This document shows positions 32,825-43,379 of a stretch of DNA of 56,350 nt, in pieces. Position numbers and translations under genes: made by a program. The DNA comes from Salinivirgaceae bacterium (GTDB taxonomy: Bacteria; Bacteroidota; Bacteroidia; Bacteroidales; SZUA-534), in contig JAKSOL010000021.1 in NCBI GenBank assembly GCA_024405635.1, forward strand, positions 1-56,350, given 5' to 3'. Below the pieces are notes generated by a model. It did no database searches, was not told the DNA's origin, and saw only the letters and a program-made list of their open reading frames with translations. Each line of letters starts with the position of its first letter. The first letter of the stretch is position 1.

Positions 32825-34153
32825 ATGAAGAGATTTATAGAAACCTTAAAGAATATTTGGAGGATAGAGGATCTTAAGACAAGAATTGTCAATACGATCT
32901 TGTTAATTTTAGTTTATAGACTTGGAACCATGGTAGTATTGCCAGGTGTCGATCCAACTCAATTAGCCGAATTGAAGAATCAAACTTCTGGTGGTATTTT
33001 GGGTTTGGTTGATATGTTCTCAGGAGGTGCATTTTCTAATGCTTCTATCTTTGCACTTGGTATTATGCCATATATTTCTGCATCTATTGTTATTCAATTG
33101 TTAGGAATGGCAATTCCATACTTCCAAAGATTGCAACGTGAAGGAGAGAGCGGAAGAAGGAAAATTAACCAAATTACACGTTATTTGACAGTTGTCATTT
33201 TGATGTTGCAAGCCCCAGGTTATATTGCTAACCTTCATTCTCAACTTCCTGAAAGTGCATTTATATTAAAAGGTACTTATTTTATCGTCTCTTCAATGTT
33301 TATTCTAACAGCAGGTACCATGTTTGTAATGTGGCTTGGTGAAAGAATTACTGATAAAGGATTGGGAAATGGTATCTCTTTGATTATCATGATTGGTATT
33401 ATTGCACGTCTTCCTTCTGCTCTTTGGGTAGAGTTTATTTCGCGCTTGAATGAGCAAGGTGGAGGTTTGGTTGTTTTCTTGCTTGAAATTATTGCATTGG
33501 GACTTGTTATCCTATTTACAATTCTTTTGGTGCAAGGAACTCGTAAAATACCAGTGCAATATGCTAAGCGTATTGTTGGAAATAAACAATACGGAGGTGT
33601 TCGCCAATATATTCCATTGAAAGTTAATGCAGCTGGCGTTATGCCAATCATTTTTGCTCAAGCAATTATGTTTTTACCTGTAGTGCTAGTTGGTTTTTCA
33701 AATACTGAAACTGCTTCTGGTATTGCTGCTGCACTTTCTAATCCTGTTGGTTTTTGGTATAATTTCACCGTAGCTGTTTTGATTATTCTATTCACTTATT
33801 TCTATACTGCTATTATTATTAACCCTACACAAATGGCAGAAGAAATGAAGAAGAATGGTGGTTTTATTCCTGGTGTTAAACCAGGACATAATACTGTTGA
33901 GTTCCTTGATACAATTATGTCAAGAATTACCCTCCCAGGTTCTATTTTCCTTGCAATCATAGCAATTTTGCCGGCTTTCGCTATGATAGCAGATGTTCAA
34001 AGTAGTTTTGCTTACTTCTATGGAGGTACATCATTGCTGATTATGGTAGGTGTTGTTCTTGATACTTTGCAACAGATTGAAAGCCATTTGTTAATGCGTC
34101 ATTATGATGGATTGATGAAAAATGGTAGAATTAAAGGACGTTCGGCCATTTAA
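32825..34153 (+). CDS. secY: Preprotein translocase SecY
   Basis: SIFALGIMPYISASI, GNGISLII, FIPGVKPG, GGTSLLI. Confidence 0.99.
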   Translation: MKRFIETLKNIWRIEDLKTRIVNTILLILVYRLGTMVVLPGVDPTQLAELKNQTSGGILGLVDMFSGGAFSNASIFALGIMPYISASIVIQLLGMAIPYFQRLQREGESGRRKINQITRYLTVVILMLQAPGYIANLHSQLPESAFILKGTYFIVSSMFILTAGTMFVMWLGERITDKGLGNGISLIIMIGIIARLPSALWVEFISRLNEQGGGLVVFLLEIIALGLVILFTILLVQGTRKIPVQYAKRIVGNKQYGGVRQYIPLKVNAAGVMPIIFAQAIMFLPVVLVGFSNTETASGIAAALSNPVGFWYNFTVAVLIILFTYFYTAIIINPTQMAEEMKKNGGFIPGVKPGHNTVEFLDTIMSRITLPGSIFLAIIAILPAFAMIADVQSSFAYFYGGTSLLIMVGVVLDTLQQIESHLLMRHYDGLMKNGRIKGRSAI

Positions 34154-34266
34154 TAATTCAACCGTATATTTCATATAACTAAAGTGCGCAATTGAGTTAG
34201 ATAGAAATTGTAGACGTCTGAGTATAGAATTGTCAAGGTTGAATAGATAAATTTAGAATAGATAAT

Positions 34267-34485
34267 ATGGCAAAACAAGCATCAATAGAACAAGATGGTA
34301 CAATTGCTGAAGCTTTGTCGAATGCAATGTTTCGTGTAGTTCTTGAAAATGGGTTGGAGATTACAGCTCATATTTCAGGTAAAATGAGAATGCATTACAT
34401 TAAGATTTTGCCTGGTGATAAAGTAAAAGTTGAGATGTCCCCATATGATTTAACAAAGGGGCGTATCGCATTTAGGTACAAATAA
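34267..34485 (+). CDS. infA: Translation initiation factor IF-1
   Basis: [18 protein letters not shown]. Confidence 0.99.
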   Translation: MAKQASIEQDGTIAEALSNAMFRVVLENGLEITAHISGKMRMHYIKILPGDKVKVEMSPYDLTKGRIAFRYK

Positions 34486-34496
34486 AAGATTAAAAG

Positions 34497-34613
34497 ATGA
34501 AAGTAAGGGCATCAGTAAAAAAGCGTAGCGACGATTGTAAAATCGTTCGTCGCAAAGGACGTTTGTATGTGATTAACAAAAAAAATCCTAAATTTAAACA
34601 ACGTCAAGGATAA
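34497..34613 (+). CDS. rpmJ: 50S ribosomal protein L36 (38 aa, below ORF-track cutoff)
   Basis: Translated by hand: [38 protein letters not shown]. Confidence 0.98.
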   Translation: MKVRASVKKRSDDCKIVRRKGRLYVINKKNPKFKQRQG

Positions 34614-34657
34614 TTGACTAATTTTGCAAACCAAAATTTTAATTTAAAAAGTAATTT

Positions 34658-35035
34658 ATGGCACGTTTGGTTGGTGTTGATTTACCAAATAACAAAAGAG
34701 GAGAAATCGGTTTGACATACATCTTTGGTATTGGTCGTAGCAGCGCAAGAACAATTCTTGAGAAAGCTGGTATTGATTTTGATACTAAAGTTGGTGATTG
34801 GACTGATTCAGAAATAGCAACTCTACGCAAAATCTTAGGTGAAGGATATAAATTGGAAGGTGAACTTCGTTCAGAAATTCAATTAAATATTAAACGCCTT
34901 ATGGATATTGGTTGTTATAGAGGTGTTCGCCATCGTTTAGGTTTACCTGTTCGTGGTCAAAATACTCGTAACAATGCGCGTACTCGTAAGGGACGTAAGA
35001 AAACTGTTGCTAATAAAAAGAAAGCCACTAAATAA
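34658..35035 (+). CDS. rpsM: 30S ribosomal protein S13
   Basis: [13 protein letters not shown]. Confidence 0.99.
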   Translation: MARLVGVDLPNNKRGEIGLTYIFGIGRSSARTILEKAGIDFDTKVGDWTDSEIATLRKILGEGYKLEGELRSEIQLNIKRLMDIGCYRGVRHRLGLPVRGQNTRNNARTRKGRKKTVANKKKATK

Positions 35036-35047
35036 TAGAAAGTAATT

Positions 35048-35437
35048 ATGGCACAGAAGTCAAAAACTACTAGAAAAAAAGTTGTAAAAGTTGAAGCTAC
35101 AGGTGCAGTGCACATTCATTCTTCATTTAACAATATTATTGTTTCTATGACCAACAGTGATGGCGAGGTAATTTCATGGTCGTCGGCTGGTAAAAATGGT
35201 TTTAGAGGATCTAAGAAGAACACTCCCTATGCTGCTCAAGTTGCTGCAGAAGATTGCGCAAAAGTTGCTTACGAGGCAGGTATGCGTAAAGCAAAAGTTT
35301 ATGTGAAAGGTCCAGGTGCTGGTCGTGAATCAGCAATTAGAACTGTTCACAATATGGGAATTGAAGTGTTGGAAATCATAGATGTTACCCCACTTCCTCA
35401 CAATGGTTGCCGTCCTCCAAAAAGACGTCGCGTTTAA
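35048..35437 (+). CDS. rpsK: 30S ribosomal protein S11
   Basis: [19 protein letters not shown]. Confidence 0.99.
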   Translation: MAQKSKTTRKKVVKVEATGAVHIHSSFNNIIVSMTNSDGEVISWSSAGKNGFRGSKKNTPYAAQVAAEDCAKVAYEAGMRKAKVYVKGPGAGRESAIRTVHNMGIEVLEIIDVTPLPHNGCRPPKRRRV

Positions 35438-35468
35438 TTTTTAGTTAAAACGATAAAAAAGAATACAA

Positions 35469-36077
35469 ATGGCTCGATACATTGGACCAAAAACAAAGAT
35501 TGCCAGAAAATTAGGAGAGGCAATTTATGGCTCGGACAAGTATTTTGAACGCAGAAACTTTCCTCCTGGCCAACATGGTTTGAATAAGAAAAGAAAAAAA
35601 TCTTCTGAGTATGGTGTGCAATTGTTGGAGAAACAAAAAGCTAAATACACTTATGGTGTTTTAGAGCGTCAATTCTCTAACTTGTTCAGCAGAGCACAAA
35701 GAAGTAAGGGTATTACTGGTGAGGTTTTGCTACAATTGTTGGAATCTAGATTGGATAACGTTGTTTATCGTTTAGGTATAGCTCCAACTAGAGCTGCTGC
35801 AAGACAACTTGTATCTCATAAACATATTGTTGTTGATGGTAATGTTTTGAATATTCCTTCGTATACAGTTAAAGCAGGTCAAGTTGTTGGTGTACGTGAA
35901 AAGTCAAAGTCTCTTGAGGTTATTTCAAATTCTTTGGCTGGTACAAATCACAGCAAATATTCATGGTTGGAATGGAATAATGAAAATGTTGCAGGTACAT
36001 TCCTTAATGTTCCTGAGCGTAGTGACATTCCAGAGAATATTAAAGAACAATTGATTGTAGAACTTTATTCTAAGTAA
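35469..36077 (+). CDS. rpsD: 30S ribosomal protein S4
   Basis: [23 protein letters not shown]. Confidence 0.99.
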   Translation: MARYIGPKTKIARKLGEAIYGSDKYFERRNFPPGQHGLNKKRKKSSEYGVQLLEKQKAKYTYGVLERQFSNLFSRAQRSKGITGEVLLQLLESRLDNVVYRLGIAPTRAAARQLVSHKHIVVDGNVLNIPSYTVKAGQVVGVREKSKSLEVISNSLAGTNHSKYSWLEWNNENVAGTFLNVPERSDIPENIKEQLIVELYSK

Positions 36078-36090
36078 TAAACTAATCATT

Positions 36091-37083
36091 ATGGCAATTT
36101 TAGCTTTTCAAAAGCCCGATAAAGTTGTAATGTTGGAATCAGACGATCGTTTTGGTAAGTTTGAATTCCGTCCATTGGAACCTGGATATGGTAATACTGT
36201 GGGTAATGCCTTGCGTAGAATATTGCTTTCTTCATTAGAAGGTTTTGCAATTACTACCATTAAAATTGAAGGTGTTGAACACGAGTTCTCTACCATTCCT
36301 GGAGTAATGGAAGACGTTACAGAAATGGTTTTGAATCTTAAACAAGTAAGATTTAAACAACAGATTGAAGATATTGATCACGAGAAGGTTTCTATTTCAA
36401 TCACTGGTCAAGATACTTTTACTGCTGGCGATATTACTCGTTTTGTTAGCGGTTTTGAGGTTTTGAATCCAGAGTTGGTTATTTGCAGAATGGATCCATC
36501 GGTTAAACTGCAAATGGATATGACTATCAACAAAGGTCGTGGTTATATTCCTTCAGATGAGAATATGCCAGTTGATGCTGAGTTCGGTGTTATTGCCATA
36601 GATTCGATTCATACTCCAATCAAAAATGTTAAGTACTCTGTAGAAAACTATAGGGTTGAGCAAAAAACTGACTATGAAAAGTTGGTTTTAGAGATCAAAA
36701 CAGATGGTTCTATTCACCCAAAAGAGGCATTGAAAGAAGCAGCTAAGATCCTTATATATCACTTCATGCTTTTCTCTGACGAGAAGATTACTATTGACGA
36801 CGGAGTTAAGTATCAAACCGAAGAGTTTGATGAAGAAGTTTTGCACATGCGTCAACTGTTAAAGACTAAATTGATTGACATGGATTTGTCGGTTCGTGCT
36901 CTTAACTGTTTGAAGGCTGCCGATGTAGAAACATTAGGAGATTTGTGCACATATAATAAAAACGACCTATTAAAGTTCCGTAACTTTGGTAGAAAATCGT
37001 TAACCGAGCTAGAGGATTTGCTTGATTCAATGAATCTTACCTTTGGAATGGACATCACTAAGTATAAACTTGAGAAAGATTAA
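36091..37083 (+). CDS. rpoA: RNA polymerase subunit alpha
   Basis: [31 protein letters not shown]. Confidence 0.99.
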   Translation: MAILAFQKPDKVVMLESDDRFGKFEFRPLEPGYGNTVGNALRRILLSSLEGFAITTIKIEGVEHEFSTIPGVMEDVTEMVLNLKQVRFKQQIEDIDHEKVSISITGQDTFTAGDITRFVSGFEVLNPELVICRMDPSVKLQMDMTINKGRGYIPSDENMPVDAEFGVIAIDSIHTPIKNVKYSVENYRVEQKTDYEKLVLEIKTDGSIHPKEALKEAAKILIYHFMLFSDEKITIDDGVKYQTEEFDEEVLHMRQLLKTKLIDMDLSVRALNCLKAADVETLGDLCTYNKNDLLKFRNFGRKSLTELEDLLDSMNLTFGMDITKYKLEKD

Positions 37084-37088
37084 TAGCG

Positions 37089-37580
37089 ATGAGACACAAT
37101 AAAAGTTTTAATCACTTGGGCAGAAAATCTGCTCACAGAAATTCAATGTTGGCCAATATGGCTTCATCGTTGATTCTGCACAAACGTATCTCTACTACTG
37201 TTGCAAAAGCTAAGGCTTTGAAAACTTTTGTAGAGCCATTGATTACTAAATCAAAGGTTGATTCAACTCATTCACGCCGTGTTGTTTTCAGCTATCTTCA
37301 AGATAAGGATAGTGTATCTGAATTGTTCCGTGAAGTTGCTGTAAAAGTTGGCAACCGTCCTGGTGGTTACACTAGAATTTTGAAGACTGGTACACGTGTG
37401 GGCGATAGCGCTGAGATGTGCATTATTGAGTTGGTTGATTACAACAACAACTACTCACAAAGTGCTAAAACCGAAGCTAAAGCTGCTCCTAAAACACGTC
37501 GTTCTTCTTCTAAGAAAAAAGTTGAAGCAGCTGAAGAAGCAACTGTTGTTGAAGTTGCTGCAGAAGAAAAGGCAGAATAA
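37089..37580 (+). CDS. rplQ: 50S ribosomal protein L17
   Basis: MRH start, RPGGYTRI. Confidence 0.99.
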   Translation: MRHNKSFNHLGRKSAHRNSMLANMASSLILHKRISTTVAKAKALKTFVEPLITKSKVDSTHSRRVVFSYLQDKDSVSELFREVAVKVGNRPGGYTRILKTGTRVGDSAEMCIIELVDYNNNYSQSAKTEAKAAPKTRRSSSKKKVEAAEEATVVEVAAEEKAE

Positions 37581-37597
37581 TTTAGTATTATATGCAT

Positions 37598-37633
37598 TAA
37601 AAGGTCGATTCCAAATGGATTCGACCTTTTTTA
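37598..37633 (+). terminator. Intrinsic terminator ending the ribosomal cluster
   Basis: AAAAGGTCGA...TCGACCTTTTTT. Confidence 0.8.
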
Positions 37634-37733
37634 TTTTCTTATTTAGCTGTTTTTCAGTGTAATTAATATTCTTTTTTGAGGTGTGTGAGAATGTCATTTT
37701 ATATATTCGCACAAATTTTTAAACTTAATTAAA

Positions 37734-38705
37734 ATGAAAAAGTTTTTCTTTTTTGCTTTAGGTGTTATAAGCGCCTTTGTTATAGTTGGATGTTCTGCAT
37801 CTTATACTTCTGATTCTAAAATTGTGTCTAAGGTTGATTCTATAAGTTATGTTATGGGAGCTTATGACGGTCGAGGTGTTGTTAAAAATATGAATGCTTT
37901 AGGGTTGGATACTATTATCGATGTAAAGAAATATGTTCAATCTTTGTTTGAAGTTGCAATGTCTGGTAAAAAAGTTGAAGAGCCAGATTCTTCTTTCCAA
38001 AAACGCTTTTCAAAATTTGTATACGACCTTAGAAATAACTCTCAACAATTATCTAATGGAGAGGAAAATTTATCTTTTGAGGTTCCAAGTAAGAGTTTTT
38101 TAGATTCTGCTAGTGTGATAATGGGCAGTCTTGATGGTCAGAATATAAGAAATGGTTTTGAACAAGAAGGTTATGATTCTCTTGTTGTTCTTCGTTTGTA
38201 TCTTGAAGGAATACGTGATGTAACTAATGGTAGAGGACGTATTGATATTGATGCAAATATTTCGAAGGTTCGCACTTATTTTGATTCTATTCAACAAGCT
38301 GAGTTTATGGCAAAATATGGTGATAACCTTCGTAAGGGAAAAGAATTTTTGGCTGTTAATAAAGGAGATTCAGATGTTGTTGAAACTGAAAGCGGTTTGC
38401 AATATAAGGTTATTGTGAAAGGTAATGGTAAAAAGCCAAAAGTTACAGATAGAGTAAAGGTTCATTATACAGGTACATTAATAGATGGATTAGTTTTTGA
38501 TAGTAGCGTTCAACGCGGTGAGCCTGTTGTGTTTGGTGTAAATCAAGTTATTGCAGGTTGGACTGAAGCTTTGACGTTGATGCCAGTTGGATCTAAATGG
38601 GATTTGTTTATTCCATATAATTTGGCTTATGGTGAACGTGGAGTGGGTTCTATTCCTCCATATAGCACTTTGCTTTTTACAGTAGAGTTGTTAGGAATTG
38701 AATAA
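37734..38705 (+). CDS. FKBP-type peptidyl-prolyl isomerase, probable lipoprotein
   Basis: VIVGC lipobox-like signal; SGLQY, VHYTG, FDSS, VIAGW, LAYG, IPPYSTL. Confidence 0.92.
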   Translation: MKKFFFFALGVISAFVIVGCSASYTSDSKIVSKVDSISYVMGAYDGRGVVKNMNALGLDTIIDVKKYVQSLFEVAMSGKKVEEPDSSFQKRFSKFVYDLRNNSQQLSNGEENLSFEVPSKSFLDSASVIMGSLDGQNIRNGFEQEGYDSLVVLRLYLEGIRDVTNGRGRIDIDANISKVRTYFDSIQQAEFMAKYGDNLRKGKEFLAVNKGDSDVVETESGLQYKVIVKGNGKKPKVTDRVKVHYTGTLIDGLVFDSSVQRGEPVVFGVNQVIAGWTEALTLMPVGSKWDLFIPYNLAYGERGVGSIPPYSTLLFTVELLGIE

Positions 38706-38772
38706 AAGCAGATATTAAGAACAAGGCAAATGGCTTTTATGCTGTTTGCCATTGTTTTTTTTTATTGATACG

Positions 38773-39567
38773 ATGGATTTTAAAGGAAAGACTATTTGGG
38801 TAACAGGGGCTACTTCAGGTATTGGTGAAGGAGTAGCTTATGAATTGGCTAAATATCAAACTCGTCTTATTTTGTCGGGGCGCAATAAAGCAACGTTGGA
38901 TAAAGTTGCTAAACATTGTGAAGAGTTGGGGGCTACTACAAGAATTGAACCTTTTGATTTAGCTATTCAAGAAACAATTGAAGCTGCAGTTCACCGTGTT
39001 TTAGCTGATAATGAGAATGTTTTTGGATTATTCAACTTTGGCGGAATAAGTCAACGTTCGTTTGTTATTGATACTCCTGTTGAAATTGACCGCATTGTAA
39101 TGGAAACCAATTTTTTTGGTACGGTTGTATTAACAAAGGGGTTGTTGCCGCAAATGGTTAAAAATGGGGGCGGCGTTATAGTAGCAACTTCTAGTATTGT
39201 TGGCAAATTCGGATTCCCATATAGGTCAGCATATTCAGCATCGAAGCATGCTTTGCATGGTTTTTTTGAGAGTTTGCGAGCTGAGAATGTTCGTAATAAT
39301 ATTCAAGTTACTATGCTTTTACCTGGTAGGGTAGCAACAAATGTTTCTGTGAATGCCATAACAAATACAGGTGAGCGTTATGGGAAAATGGATAAGGGTC
39401 AAGCTGGAGGCATGTCGGTTGAAAGATCGGCAAGAATAATATGCAAAGGTGTTAGGCGAGGCAAAAAAGAAGTGCTATATGGTGGTTTCTCGACCATTAT
39501 GGTTCATATACGCCGTTGGTTTCCAAGACTTTATTATTTTTTATCATCAAGAGTTGAACCATTGTAA
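38773..39567 (+). CDS. Short-chain dehydrogenase/reductase
   Basis: TGATSGIG, YSASK; start set at ATG 38773. Confidence 0.93.
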   Translation: MDFKGKTIWVTGATSGIGEGVAYELAKYQTRLILSGRNKATLDKVAKHCEELGATTRIEPFDLAIQETIEAAVHRVLADNENVFGLFNFGGISQRSFVIDTPVEIDRIVMETNFFGTVVLTKGLLPQMVKNGGGVIVATSSIVGKFGFPYRSAYSASKHALHGFFESLRAENVRNNIQVTMLLPGRVATNVSVNAITNTGERYGKMDKGQAGGMSVERSARIICKGVRRGKKEVLYGGFSTIMVHIRRWFPRLYYFLSSRVEPL

Positions 39568-39579
39568 ATAATATACAAT

Positions 39580-40653
39580 ATGAGTACAAAACCAGAAATT
39601 AACGGTATTCAGCAAATGGGTGTTGGAGTTCCAAACCTTGACGAGGCATGGAAGTGGTACAATACCAAATTTGGTACCGATATTAAGATTTTTGAAGAGG
39701 CTGCAATGGCCGAATATATGTTGCCTTATACAGGAGGCAAACCTCGTGAACGTCGTGCTATTCTTGCTTTGAGTATGCAAGGTGGTGGTGGTTTTGAAAT
39801 ATGGCAACATACTGGAAGAACACCGCTTATGCCTCAATTTGATGTGCAATTAGGTGATTTGGGCGTTTGCGTAACTAAATTAAAGACAGCTGATATTAAC
39901 GCTGCATTTAAGCAATTTAGCGAAAACGGGGTAGAAGTACTTTCAAAAATTGCTAAAACTCCAGAAGGCGTAAATCATTTCTTTATTCGCGATATTTATA
40001 AGAATCTTTGGGAGATAGTTGAAAATGATTTTGTTTTCAAAAAGACAAACCATTCAAATGGCGGTGTTTTTGGAGGCGTTATTGGAGTGAAAGATATAGA
40101 AGATAGTTTGCGTGTTTATCGCGACATTTTGGGATACGATGTTGTTCTTTCTGATAAGGAAGATGTTTTTGCCGATTGGGCTGGTGTTCCTGGTTGTGAG
40201 AATCGTTATCGTCGAGTTCTTTTAGCTACAACACGAAAATCGCATGGTGCCTTCTCTCCAATTTTTGGAACATCGCAACTAGAGTTGATTCAAGTGCTTG
40301 ATCGTGAGCCAAAAAAGATATATGAAGGTAGATTGTGGGGTGATCCTGGATTTATTCAAATCTGCTATGACATTACAGGAATGGATGCAATGCGTGAATT
40401 CGTAAAATCAAAAGGATTTGCTTTCACTGTTGATAGTGCTGCATCAACTAGCAATTTTGATATGGGTGAAGCATCTGGTGATTTTGCATATATTGAAGCT
40501 CCAGAGGGTACTTTGATTGAATTTGTTGAGACTCACAAAGTTCCAATTATTAAAAAATTGGGTTTGTCAATCAATCTTAAAGGACGTAAAGAAAACAAAC
40601 CATTGCCAATGTGGTTGTTAAAATTGTTCTCGGTTTTGCGAGTAAAATTCTAA
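39580..40653 (+). CDS. VOC (glyoxalase-like) family protein, two domains
   Basis: IQQMGVGV, GGFEIWQ, LELIQ, PEGTLIEFVE beta-alpha-beta-beta-beta pattern. Confidence 0.8.
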   Translation: MSTKPEINGIQQMGVGVPNLDEAWKWYNTKFGTDIKIFEEAAMAEYMLPYTGGKPRERRAILALSMQGGGGFEIWQHTGRTPLMPQFDVQLGDLGVCVTKLKTADINAAFKQFSENGVEVLSKIAKTPEGVNHFFIRDIYKNLWEIVENDFVFKKTNHSNGGVFGGVIGVKDIEDSLRVYRDILGYDVVLSDKEDVFADWAGVPGCENRYRRVLLATTRKSHGAFSPIFGTSQLELIQVLDREPKKIYEGRLWGDPGFIQICYDITGMDAMREFVKSKGFAFTVDSAASTSNFDMGEASGDFAYIEAPEGTLIEFVETHKVPIIKKLGLSINLKGRKENKPLPMWLLKLFSVLRVKF

Positions 40654-40671
40654 ATCAAGTAAAAACAAGAA

Positions 40672-40710
40672 TAAAAGGCTGCCAATTTGTATTAGTTGGC
40701 AGCCTTTTTA
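40672..40710. terminator. Bidirectional terminator
   Basis: AAAAGGCTGCCAA...TTGGCAGCCTTTT. Confidence 0.85.
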
Positions 40711-41478
40711 TTAAGCCTTTTCGGTGTTATCGTCAATAGGTTCTTCGCCCAAAAAAGGTTCTGTTATTTCAATATTGTTGCTATCAATTAAAGGTTGCCC
40801 TTTGTATCGCATCATTAGTTGGCAAATAGTAATAACGTCGCGTTGGCAATACTCAGCTATAGCTGTAAGATTGTCGTTTTGCCAGTAAAACTCGTGAACT
40901 TGGCTGCCGTCCATTTCCTCTTTGGGCGAATCGATTCCAAAGATTGAGGAGAGCAATTCAAGTGAAGTGTAATGTTTGTAATCGCCAAATCGCCACAAAT
41001 CTAAAGTGTCTAGATGGCGAACTTCCCAAGGTTTATGGCCTGCATAATCGAGTATTTTGGGTAACCGAATACCATTAACAAGCATCCTTCGTGAGATGTA
41101 TGGAAAATCAAACTCTTTGCCGTTGTGCGCACAAAGCAAGTATTGGCTTTTGTTGAATCTAGTTTCTATCATCGTTTTAAACCCTAATAGAATTTCACGT
41201 TCGCTATGACCATAAAATGATTTGATGCGTAGTGTTTTGCAATTGTCTTTTGTAAAAATGTAACCGATGCTTATACAAACTATTTTGCCAAATTCGGCCC
41301 AAATGGCAGCTCGGTTGTATATTTCAGCTGCAGTAGTATTATCCTTTTCAATGTGCCATTGCATTTTACGTTCCCATAACCTTTGTTCGGTATTGTTAAG
41401 ATCGGCAAACGTAGGATGTTGTCCTACGGTTTCAATGTCAATAAAAATGATGTTTTCGTCTTTTATCTTTTCTAGCAT
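40711..41478 (-). CDS. PolB-like 3'-5' exonuclease
   Basis: DIET, HNGKEFDFP, YCQRD DEDD motifs; start set at ATG 41478. Confidence 0.9.
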   Translation of the reverse strand: MLEKIKDENIIFIDIETVGQHPTFADLNNTEQRLWERKMQWHIEKDNTTAAEIYNRAAIWAEFGKIVCISIGYIFTKDNCKTLRIKSFYGHSEREILLGFKTMIETRFNKSQYLLCAHNGKEFDFPYISRRMLVNGIRLPKILDYAGHKPWEVRHLDTLDLWRFGDYKHYTSLELLSSIFGIDSPKEEMDGSQVHEFYWQNDNLTAIAEYCQRDVITICQLMMRYKGQPLIDSNNIEITEPFLGEEPIDDNTEKA

Positions 41479-41615
41479 ATTGATGTTTTTGTTGATGTGT
41501 GTGTTCAAAAGTATGAAGATATGCAAAAGGTTAGCATAAAGTTGTTTTTTTTCTGATTAGGCAGCAACGGAACTATTGTATGTTGGCAAAACCGTTTATT
41601 TTTGCACATCATTTC

Positions 41616-42011
41616 GGGGTTGACATGGTTTTGACAGCGAGATGAAGTAATATGTAAGCATGTCGGGAGTAGTGAATCTGGCCCGTTAATCCCAGGCGCA
41701 ACGCTATAACTGGCGAATATAACTACGCTCTTGCAGCCTAGTCGAAGTATAGTAGACTGGCATAATTTCGGCTCAAGGAGCTGAAACAAGACATCTCCCG
41801 GAAACCCATGTTCTGAGGTTCATCGAACAGGAGGTGCAGCAAATCGGAACTGGCAGGAGGCGGCCTCGAGCCCGATGCGAGATTTAGAGGATAAGGATAT
41901 GGTGGGTGGTTTGGATCCAGCCGTATCTCGAAAATTAAGTCCAAACTAAGCATGTAGAAAGCTTATTGTTTCCTCGTTTGGACCCGGGTTCGAACCCCGG
42001 CAGCTCCACAA
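41616..42011 (+). ncRNA. ssrA: tmRNA
   Basis: 5' GGGGTTGA..GGTTTTGAC, tag ORF GEYNYALAA* at 41712-41741, T arm GGGTTCGAACCCC, acceptor CAGCTCCA; promoter box TATTTTTG at 41597-41604. Confidence 0.96.
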
Positions 42012-42044
42012 GTATAATTGGTTGTCAATCAGTTATAAAACTAG

Positions 42045-42081
42045 TACCCAAATTTATACCCATAAGGTGTGAATTTGGGTA
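42045..42081. repeat. TACCCA x2 (direct) plus TGGGTA (inverted): candidate integrase arm-type sites
   Basis: TACCCA at 42045 and 42057, TGGGTA at 42076, about 35 bp from the tmRNA end. Confidence 0.45.
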
Positions 42082-42341
42082 TTTTGTTTCGGATAATTCT
42101 TTTTAGTCCAGAAAACATATAAAAATATCATTTTTTTAAAAGACTTCGTATTGATGTCGCAGCAACTGAAATCAGTTGTGATTATTCGGATTTTTAATAA
42201 AATTCTATCATTTCTTCCCGAAATGACATTTTTCGATTTTCCCATTTTGCCGTTTTCCGGTTTTTTCCGGTGGTGTTTACAACTAAAACACTCATTTTCG
42301 AATCGCCGGCAGCAAACAAATGTTTAATTAAAAATTATTGT

Positions 42342-42638
42342 ATGATGATTAACGGAAATATGCCACTATGGCAATTATCAGTCGACGAACTGATCGATTA
42401 AATACATGAACACATAAAAAAAGATGCGCAGAATGGTCATCCGCATGAAGCACATAAGTTCGTTTATGGTATCCCCGGAATAGCCAAATTGTTCCATTGT
42501 TCTAAGACTATTGCAAACAGAATCAAGCAGAGTGGGGGCATAGATCTGGCTATTAGGCAAATCGGTAAAAAAATCATTATTGATTCTGAATTAGCTCTCA
42601 AACTTATTACCAATAAACAGGAAAGGAGACGGAAATGA
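42342..42638 (+). pseudogene. DUF3853-family (excisionase-like HTH) gene with internal stop
   Basis: MMINGNMPLWQLSVDELID*IHEH...KFVYGIPGIAKLFHCSKTIANRIKQSGGIDLAIRQIGKKIIIDSELAL; TAA at 42399-42401; ATGA overlap with the next gene. Confidence 0.8.
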
Positions 42639-43371
42639 AAATGGATTCTTTTGTATTTTATGCATCTGATTATCTGTCAATTAAGGACATGACAAACGCT
42701 CAGTTAGGCACATATTTCAGGGCTATTTGCGAATTTGCACTTTACGGATCTACAAAAATGGAAGACATAGAACTGAAATATGCTTTTAACTTGCTGACAG
42801 ACAAAATAAAACGTGATCAGGCGAAATATGATGAAGTCAGCAAAAAGCGAAGTGAAATTGCAAAAAAAGCAAGGTCGAAGCAATTGCTGCTGATAGTAAT
42901 TGTGAGAATAATCGTGATAGTAATAATGAATGTGAGAGTGAGATTATTAACATAAAAAAATTCTTTCTTTTTGAGAAACGAGTTTGCCCAGTCAATGCCG
43001 AATTTGAGCGATTTTGGCATCATTATTCCAAGAATGATTGGGTTGCAGGAAATGGTGTCAAAATAACCAACAAAATGGCTTGTGCCCAGAACTGGAAAAT
43101 TCCCGAAAGTGTCCAAACGATGATTTCTTCTCATGCTACAGCATGGAAAAAAGTATACGAACGATTAGAAAAGGAGGCTGATAGTTATCTTCTCATCACC
43201 GACCTTCAGAAAATATGTATAAATGACTCACAATTGTCATTATTCTGCACGGAAGCGATGAGTGTATTTCTTGAGAGATATATCGCTGATATTCGGAACA
43301 TAATCATTACAGATTTCGCATGTAACGATGTCACATATACATTTCCCAAAAACAGTAATAATGAAAAATAA
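42635..43371 (+). pseudogene. DUF6291-like (putative replication-related) gene split by a -1 frameshift
   Basis: N-terminus DSFVFY...AICEFALYG; the -1 frame is open from 42856 (DSNCENNRDSNNECE...FERFWHHY) into the 43075-43371 ORF. Confidence 0.65.
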
Positions 43372-43379
43372 ATTTAACT

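Noticed and set aside
30013-34613. S14 and L36 lacking full zinc-ribbon cysteines
   Set aside because: Zn-independent forms are common in this phylum.
20648-37712. Numerous overlapping alternative-frame ORFs in the ribosomal cluster
   Set aside because: Shadows of highly conserved genes.
41505-41953. Minus-strand ORFs 41505-41789 and 41738-41953
   Set aside because: Antisense to tmRNA with no protein-like features.
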